Positions 57,740-64,000 of a stretch of DNA of 64,000 nt are shown piece after piece. Numbering within the stretch: the stretch's first letter is position 1; each line of letters opens with the position of its first letter. Origin of the DNA: an uncultured Bacteroides sp. Lineage in GTDB: Bacteria; Bacillota; Clostridia; Christensenellales; CAG-917. A program made the translations under genes and the position numbers. The stretch is taken from assembly GCA_964644355.1 (NCBI GenBank), contig CAZXUW010000004.1:17838-81837 (forward strand), given 5' to 3'. The notes under the pieces were generated by a model that was given only the letters and a program-made list of their open reading frames with translations, was not told the origin of the DNA and ran no database searches.

Positions 57740-59080
57740 TCAGTTGACGCTTTCAATCTTCCAAGCTCTGCCTTCCCCTCTTTTGACGATTCCGTCGTAA
57801 CTGTCGTTTTCATCGAGGGATTTTGCCACCGCATCGTAGTCGATATAGTATTTTTCGACATAATTCGACAGTGTATCTCTTGCAAGCACCGGCGTGATGT
57901 CAAACTCACCCTCCAAGCTTATTGCAAGCTGTGTGCCGCCTCTTTCATCTCCATAGTTGTCTATGTATGAAAAATCAATATTCTCCCAATCCTTGACACT
58001 TGTGCCGTTCTTGTCGTGCGTGGTGCGATAGTTGTGCGAATATCCCGAATGTTGACCAAAGGTCAAACGAATGCCTTGATAATCAACGGAAAAATCGTTG
58101 TCGTGATGATGACACATAAACATTGCCGTTGTACTGCCCAGTGCCTTTGCCACTGCAAAGATTTGCTCATCCTCGCTCATCGTGCCGTATTTGCCAGTGT
58201 AATTGCCACCAAAATAGTGCCCGTAGTGATAGTTTTCAGTGGGATTGCCGTTGTTCCAAGCCTCTTTCCACGCCGTTCTAAATTCAGGAATACCCACGTG
58301 GGTGAAAACCATGGATTTCACCACCTTGCTACCTCTATCCGCACCGTATTCACTGTCCGACAAGCTGTTGATTGTATCCCTATACCAGCTCACTTGATTT
58401 GCTGTCGGCACGTAGCTATATGACATCTCATCCTCGTCAAAAGTGCAATCCAAAAGGCACAGCGTGTATACAAGCTCGCCCGACTTTTTGCGTACGTTGA
58501 CAAAATAATTACCCTCTCCGTCCTCACATCTTGAGTCGGACGTCACAAGACAATGAGGATACTTCTCCTCAAAATTCTCAATCAAAGTTGCCTTGGAGCA
58601 CTGCCCGATCGTTGCATCATATCCAACGTTGCCACCCTGATATTTTCCGTCCAAATCGTGATTTCCAAACGTGAACGCCCACGGAATTTGCAATCTCTCA
58701 AAGATTTCCGCATATCTCTCAAAATATGGAGTGGAGGACACAATCACCGAGTCGTTCATCACAAGATCACCGTTGATGATCACAAAATCCGGTTGTGTTT
58801 GTGCGACAAAATCCTCAATAAACTCATACGTTTTGTCATTGCCGGGACTGCCAACCACCTTGTACTTTTCAAAGAAATCCACCTGCGGATCCGAAAGTAT
58901 CATAATTTTGATATCCCTATCCTCGGGCATATACACGGTTGCATATCCGTCCTCGCTGTCGCAAGCTTTCACAAATGCCAATTGCACCGCCTCTTTGTCG
59001 CAAGCAAAGAATGCCGTGCACAGCACAAGCAACAGTGCAATTATCAAGAAAATCGACGTAGTTTTTGTAATTTTTCTCAT
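57740..59080 (-). CDS. Calcineurin-like metallophosphoesterase lipoprotein
   Basis: FFAC lipobox; SDPQ, NGD, FGNHD, FTHVG, CHHHDND. Confidence 0.85.
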   Translation of the reverse strand: MRKITKTTSIFLIIALLLVLCTAFFACDKEAVQLAFVKACDSEDGYATVYMPEDRDIKIMILSDPQVDFFEKYKVVGSPGNDKTYEFIEDFVAQTQPDFVIINGDLVMNDSVIVSSTPYFERYAEIFERLQIPWAFTFGNHDLDGKYQGGNVGYDATIGQCSKATLIENFEEKYPHCLVTSDSRCEDGEGNYFVNVRKKSGELVYTLCLLDCTFDEDEMSYSYVPTANQVSWYRDTINSLSDSEYGADRGSKVVKSMVFTHVGIPEFRTAWKEAWNNGNPTENYHYGHYFGGNYTGKYGTMSEDEQIFAVAKALGSTTAMFMCHHHDNDFSVDYQGIRLTFGQHSGYSHNYRTTHDKNGTSVKDWENIDFSYIDNYGDERGGTQLAISLEGEFDITPVLARDTLSNYVEKYYIDYDAVAKSLDENDSYDGIVKRGEGRAWKIESVN

Positions 59081-59109
59081 ATTCCCACCTTTTAATTTTA
59101 GGAGTTATA

Positions 59110-61506
59110 TTATTTGTCCAATTTCGCCAGCAATTCAAGCACTCTGCATGCGGTGCGTTGAAGCTCCGCTCTCTTAAGTCCGCCAAACTTCAAAGACCAA
59201 TACGTTGAATGGTCATACCTTCCAAGCACTCTCGAACCGCCCGGCATAAGCACATCCACACCTGCTCTCACCCTGTATGCGTTGTCGTTGACAAGCGGAA
59301 AATCGGGATTCTTTGCAGGCATTGTCCACCAGTCCGTGATCACCAATCCGCCATATCCCCACTCCTCTCGCAAAATGGTTGTGGCAAGGTCATAGTTGTG
59401 ATATGTGTACACACCGTTGAGCTTGTTGTAGGACATCATGAGCACAAGCGGTTTGCTCTCTTTGATGGCAATCTCAAACCCCTTGAGATATATCTCTCTC
59501 AACGCCCTTTCACTCACACGGCTGTCATTGACAAATCTATGCTTTTCTTGGTTGTTGCAAGCAAAGTGTTTTATGCAACTTGCAACACCTCTCGACTGCA
59601 CGCCACTCACGGCACTGCTTGCCATTTTGCCGGACAAAAACGGATCTTCCGAATAGTATTCAAAGTTGCGACCGCACAGCGGATTTCTGTGTATATTCAT
59701 GCCCGGTCCAAGCAAAACGTCCGAGCCCTTTTCAAGCATTTCATCACCTATACACTCATACACACGTTGTGCAAGAGAGGTGTTCCAGCTCGATGCGATA
59801 CAGCTTCCGCAAGGGAGCAAGCTTGCCTTTTGAGCAAGCCTAATTCCGGAAGGACCGTCCGTTGTTATCGCACACGCAATTCCCTTCTTTTGCAAGCTCT
59901 TGCTTATACCACCAAATGCACCCGCATTGCCCTTTGCTCCGTGCTTGCTGTTCATGCGTAAATCACCGTGGCAAAGCACTTCAAGCTCTCTGTCGGTTAG
60001 AGTAGCAACAAAGTCCTCAATCGACACAACACCGCTTTTAACATCGTCAAAATGAGGGTTAAAGTGCGGTTTGTGCATTATTTCCTTTGGCATATTGTCA
60101 AGAATACGCTTTTTCAAATAGTCTCTTTCGCTGTGCGCTTGCCTATACTCCCACTTGAAGGTATCACCGTCTTTCGCATAGTTTTTCAGCACCGCAAACG
60201 GCTTTTGCAAAGAGCATGCCGTGTGGCAAACGCTCGTCACTTTTTCATCAAAATGAACGCTTCCTGCAAGCACTGCGTCACGCACGTTTTCACCGACGTA
60301 AAACTCATACTCTCCCCCCTCGAGCACCCAACACGCCTTGTGTCCGCTCAAGCCCTCGTCGTCATAACTTGAGAGTGTATACTCGTCAATATCAAGCAGG
60401 ATTTCTTGAGATTGTCCGCTCTGCAAAAGCGTTGTTTTTTCAAAGGCTTTCAGCTCTCTTTGCGGTTTGATAAGTTTGCCTTTTGCACCCTTGACATACA
60501 CTTGAACAACAGTCTTTGCATCTCGATCGCCGACGTTTTTGACAAGCACTTTCACTCTTGCCTTATCCCCGACCTTTTCAACGCTTGAGGACAAGTTGAA
60601 TTGCGTGTAGGACAAGCCATAGCCAAAGGGATAGAGCACCTCGTCTTTTGCAAACGTTTCAAAGAAGCGGTAGCCAACAAAAATATCCTCGCTGTACTCG
60701 TTGTATTCAACACCGCCAAAGTCTTGTGCGGAGGGATAATTTTCATATTTTTTTGCGATGGTATCAACCAATCTGCCCGACGGACTCACCTTTCCGCAAA
60801 GCACGTCACAAAGAGCGTTTCCGCTCTCCATACCGCCATGCCAAGCAAGCACGATCGCACTGATTTTGTCACCGTATTCATTGATTTTTTCAAAGTCGAT
60901 AACGTTGCCAACGTCCAAAATAAGCACGACTTTTTCAAACTCGCAACACACCTTGTCCAACATATCGCACTCACTGTCCGTGAGGTAGAAACTGCCCTTT
61001 TCAAGCTTTTGCTCTCTATCCTCGCCTGCAGATCGTCCTATCACGACAAGGGCAATATCGCTTGTATTTCTTGCGGATTTGACAAGGTCGCTATCAAGCG
61101 GCATTTCCTTAAAACAGAACGGCCAATGCCCCCAAAATCCCTCGTCGGGCACGTTGTTTTTGCACCACTTGGCATATACCTCGTCAACTTGCTTGTTTAC
61201 ACGTATATCCTTGCATGCCTTAAGTCCGTCGGCAAGGCTTGTTTTGTATGGTGCTCTCACGTCCCCGCCCGAGCCGTAACCAATGCAAAAATAGTTGTAT
61301 TGAGTGCGACCAAACACAGCAACTTCACTCTGCAAGTCAAGTGGCAAAACGCCGTCGTTTTTGAGCAGAACAATGCCCTCGCCGGCAAGTTGTCTGCAAG
61401 TTTTCCGCATAAGCGGAGAAGTCACCGCCATTTTGTTGTTGTCATAAGCGTTGGTTTGTTGTGCGGTATGTGAGAAAAAATTGACTATTTTGTTGAGCAA
61501 TTTCAT
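59110..61506 (-). CDS. GH3 beta-glucosidase with inverted domain order
   Basis: N-terminal GIVLLKN..PSGRL..YPFGYGLSYT and FN3 region; C-terminal TDGPSG, RNPLCGRNFEYYSEDP, KHFACN, ITDW nucleophile. Confidence 0.92.
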   Translation of the reverse strand: MKLLNKIVNFFSHTAQQTNAYDNNKMAVTSPLMRKTCRQLAGEGIVLLKNDGVLPLDLQSEVAVFGRTQYNYFCIGYGSGGDVRAPYKTSLADGLKACKDIRVNKQVDEVYAKWCKNNVPDEGFWGHWPFCFKEMPLDSDLVKSARNTSDIALVVIGRSAGEDREQKLEKGSFYLTDSECDMLDKVCCEFEKVVLILDVGNVIDFEKINEYGDKISAIVLAWHGGMESGNALCDVLCGKVSPSGRLVDTIAKKYENYPSAQDFGGVEYNEYSEDIFVGYRFFETFAKDEVLYPFGYGLSYTQFNLSSSVEKVGDKARVKVLVKNVGDRDAKTVVQVYVKGAKGKLIKPQRELKAFEKTTLLQSGQSQEILLDIDEYTLSSYDDEGLSGHKACWVLEGGEYEFYVGENVRDAVLAGSVHFDEKVTSVCHTACSLQKPFAVLKNYAKDGDTFKWEYRQAHSERDYLKKRILDNMPKEIMHKPHFNPHFDDVKSGVVSIEDFVATLTDRELEVLCHGDLRMNSKHGAKGNAGAFGGISKSLQKKGIACAITTDGPSGIRLAQKASLLPCGSCIASSWNTSLAQRVYECIGDEMLEKGSDVLLGPGMNIHRNPLCGRNFEYYSEDPFLSGKMASSAVSGVQSRGVASCIKHFACNNQEKHRFVNDSRVSERALREIYLKGFEIAIKESKPLVLMMSYNKLNGVYTYHNYDLATTILREEWGYGGLVITDWWTMPAKNPDFPLVNDNAYRVRAGVDVLMPGGSRVLGRYDHSTYWSLKFGGLKRAELQRTACRVLELLAKLDK

Positions 61507-61743
61507 ATCTGTTCCCTTTGTTTGTGCACGAGCACGCTATCATCATTTTTTATTATATAAAAAAGCTGTTGAATTGTAAATACCATTTTCTGCCGAAATT
61601 TCATTTTGCAAACACAACTCCGCTTATGCGAAAAATACGGATTTATCAAATCTATTGTTCAAATGCCCTTGTATATTTATTATTGCTGTTGTATAATTTT
61701 ATAAATACATTTTGTACGACATTCTGTCTTGTTGGGGAAAAAT

Positions 61744-63381
61744 ATGAATATTGCCGAGAAAAAAACGTTCAACTTCTTTAGGGGGGTGGCAATCACCGCA
61801 CTTGTTTGCACCATTATACTTTGGGCAGGCCTTTGGATATCATCCGGCATTCCGTCAAGCCGAGCACTCAACGATGCAATATCGAGCTCTATGGACAACT
61901 CTTTTGACTTGAACACCTCCATAAACGGAAGTACACCGACGGCATTCATCTCCTTTGACTACCCCGACGGCATACACTTTGACGGAGACACGGCGCAACT
62001 TAACGTACACTTTTTCCCCGCCAACGCAAAGGATAGAGAGGTGGAATTTTCTTCCAACAACGAAAACGTTGCAACCATAGACGAAAACGGAAAAATATAC
62101 TACCACAAAAGTGGCAAAGCCGTCATCGAGGCACGCCTCAAAAACAATCATAACATTGCCTACAGTCGGTCAATTTGGAGCCATGGCGAGCCAATAACAA
62201 AAGGCAGTCCCTACACCGTTGCAAAAATCAGACAATATGAATCCAAGCAATCTGTGATAAACCATGGCAAGACGGATAAAAATGCCGTGCAACGCTACTA
62301 TTCAGCCGACGAGAATATCGCAACAATAGACAGACACGGCTACGTAAGAGGCGTTACGGTTGGCACAACCACAATTTATGCCGAGTTTTCCGATGTCGTT
62401 TTATCCTGCCCTGTTGAAGTTGTCCCATACGACGATTTCATTGCACCGACTTCGGTGAGTGTAAAAGAAAACTTAACTTTTGCAATTGGTTCATATTATA
62501 GTTTCCATGACGTTGTTGACGTATATCCCCAAAACGCACTTTTCGACATAAAAGCAAACTCAAGTGACGAGTCGATTATCGTAACGTCATGTGACTCTAT
62601 ATCTATAACCAACTTTGGCGAGGTTACACTCACTTTCTTCTCTGAGTATGATCCAACCGTAAGAGTGGAGAAAACTTTATACATCGAGCCCATCCACCCG
62701 ACCGCTTTAAGTATATCCGCTCCAAACGTCATCATTCCGCACAGAACCTACTATTTGCAAGCTTCGCATATGCCCACAGCATACAATACGAGTGTAAAAT
62801 GGGAGGTCCTCAAAGGAAATGCCACCATTGATGAAAACGGTTCTCTGCGCGCAACGTTCTGGGGAGACGTGGTTGTGAGATGCACAAGCACCATCGATCC
62901 CACGCTATATACCGACGTGACAATAACCTGCCAAATCTTTGACAACGCCTACTCTTTTGTGCGTAAACTCATGGGGCACTTTGGATTGTCCGCACTGCTC
63001 GGTTTTGGCATATTCTACACCGTTTTGTTGCTGTCCAAGCACAAGCAAAGTGCACTTATCGCAACCCCGATAATGTCACTGGTATATGCGTTTATCTCTG
63101 AATTTATCCAATACTTCACTCCAACAAGAAACTGTGCGCTTACTGACGTCATAATAGACTTTGTGGGGACGATCCTAGGCATGGGCGTTGCAATGGTGCT
63201 GTTTGCAATCGTTGCTCTTGCATGCCGACTTGCAGGCAAAAAGAGCTTTGGCGTATTTGCAAGCTCCGTAAAACAAGTCAACATTCACACTCTCAAACTC
63301 AAGGCATACTCTTGTGAGGAATACTCAAGAGAAAATCCCCACGATGTTTCTCAAGAGCAAAGCACTCCACTTGCAAGCTGA
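61744..63381 (+). CDS. VanZ-family membrane protein with inserted Big_2 Ig-like domains
   Basis: TM1, then SSNENVATIDENG-type Ig repeats, then RKLMGHF..SEFIQYFTP.R....DVIID. Confidence 0.75.
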   Translation: MNIAEKKTFNFFRGVAITALVCTIILWAGLWISSGIPSSRALNDAISSSMDNSFDLNTSINGSTPTAFISFDYPDGIHFDGDTAQLNVHFFPANAKDREVEFSSNNENVATIDENGKIYYHKSGKAVIEARLKNNHNIAYSRSIWSHGEPITKGSPYTVAKIRQYESKQSVINHGKTDKNAVQRYYSADENIATIDRHGYVRGVTVGTTTIYAEFSDVVLSCPVEVVPYDDFIAPTSVSVKENLTFAIGSYYSFHDVVDVYPQNALFDIKANSSDESIIVTSCDSISITNFGEVTLTFFSEYDPTVRVEKTLYIEPIHPTALSISAPNVIIPHRTYYLQASHMPTAYNTSVKWEVLKGNATIDENGSLRATFWGDVVVRCTSTIDPTLYTDVTITCQIFDNAYSFVRKLMGHFGLSALLGFGIFYTVLLLSKHKQSALIATPIMSLVYAFISEFIQYFTPTRNCALTDVIIDFVGTILGMGVAMVLFAIVALACRLAGKKSFGVFASSVKQVNIHTLKLKAYSCEEYSRENPHDVSQEQSTPLAS

Positions 63382-63397
63382 TGTAAACACAGCACAC

Positions 63398-63424
63398 AAA
63401 AACACCGCTTGTCGGTGTTTTTTT
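63398..63424. terminator. Bidirectional terminator
   Basis: AAAAACACCG-cttgt-CGGTGTTTTTTT. Confidence 0.75.
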
Positions 63425-63522
63425 ATATGAAAAAAGCTCGAAAAATCGAGCTTTTTTACGCATTTTTTTGCTTAAAAATTATATGGTTTTTACAGATATA
63501 ATCTATGCTTTTTTGCTATATT

Positions 63523-64000
63523 TTACGCCTCTTTGACAAAATACACTCTTGCCATTTTTTGTTCGTTAAGCGGTCTATCCATCATGTTTGTTCTGACGTT
63601 TGCAATCTTGTCAACCGTCTCTATGCCCTCAACCACTTTTCCGAATGAAGCATACTGTCCGTCAAGAAATTTTGCATCCGCATGGCAGATGAAAAACTGT
63701 GATGACGCAGAGTTGAAAAATTGCGAGCGAGCCATGCTGATAACGCCTCTTTCATGAGAGAGCGGATTGTTCACGCCATTGGCTTGGAACTCACCCTTGA
63801 TTGTCTCTTTGCTACCGCCCATTCCCGAGCCTTGCGGATCTCCGCCTTGGATCATAAAGTCCTTGATAACTCTGTGAAAAATAAGTCCGTCATAAAAGCC
63901 TTCGCTTACAAGTTTTTTGAAATTTGCAACGGTGATCGGAGCATAATTTTCATAAAGTTCAACAACGATGCTATCACCGTTTTGCATCTCGATTTTCACA
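63523..64000 (-). CDS. Cyclophilin-type peptidyl-prolyl isomerase (5' end at or beyond window edge)
   Basis: APITVANF, FYDGLIFHRVI..FMIQGGDP, ISMAR, SQFFI, LDGQYASFG. Confidence 0.93.
   Translation of the reverse strand, partial: VKIEMQNGDSIVVELYENYAPITVANFKKLVSEGFYDGLIFHRVIKDFMIQGGDPQGSGMGGSKETIKGEFQANGVNNPLSHERGVISMARSQFFNSASSQFFICHADAKFLDGQYASFGKVVEGIETVDKIANVRTNMMDRPLNEQKMARVYFVKEA

Noticed and set aside
59110-61506. Inverted GH3 domain order as a novelty
   Set aside because: Known arrangement in rumen and gut Bacillota beta-glucosidases.

Overview
64 kb of a probable gut Clostridia-type (Bacillota) chromosome; the lineage is inferred from gene content (spoIIE-tilS-hpt, aro operon, ECF S component). 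Most of it is housekeeping: a nucleoside salvage cluster (pdp-tdk-udk-deoC-deoD-deoB-cdd), a complete shikimate/Phe/Tyr operon, two tRNAs, lipoproteins, a large InlB-B-repeat/LRR surface protein and a GH3 glycosidase. The main finding is a compact ~9.2 kb minus-strand operon (39104-48344) encoding only a podovirus-like virion: intact TerL, a short TerS-like protein apparently lacking its DNA-binding HTH, portal, scaffold, a major capsid protein fused to an InlB-B/Flg_new domain, adaptor, nozzle-like, needle-like and ejection-like proteins. I see no integrase, repressor, replication, lysis genes or att repeats, so it is a candidate domesticated gene-transfer-agent (GTA)-like system. Next to it is an accessory island (ADP-ribosylglycohydrolase, DUF2130, small proteins, degenerate macrodomain-HTH protein) with a duplicated operator-like promoter and a pseudoknot-capable RNA candidate. 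All family calls are by eye from motifs; no searches were run.
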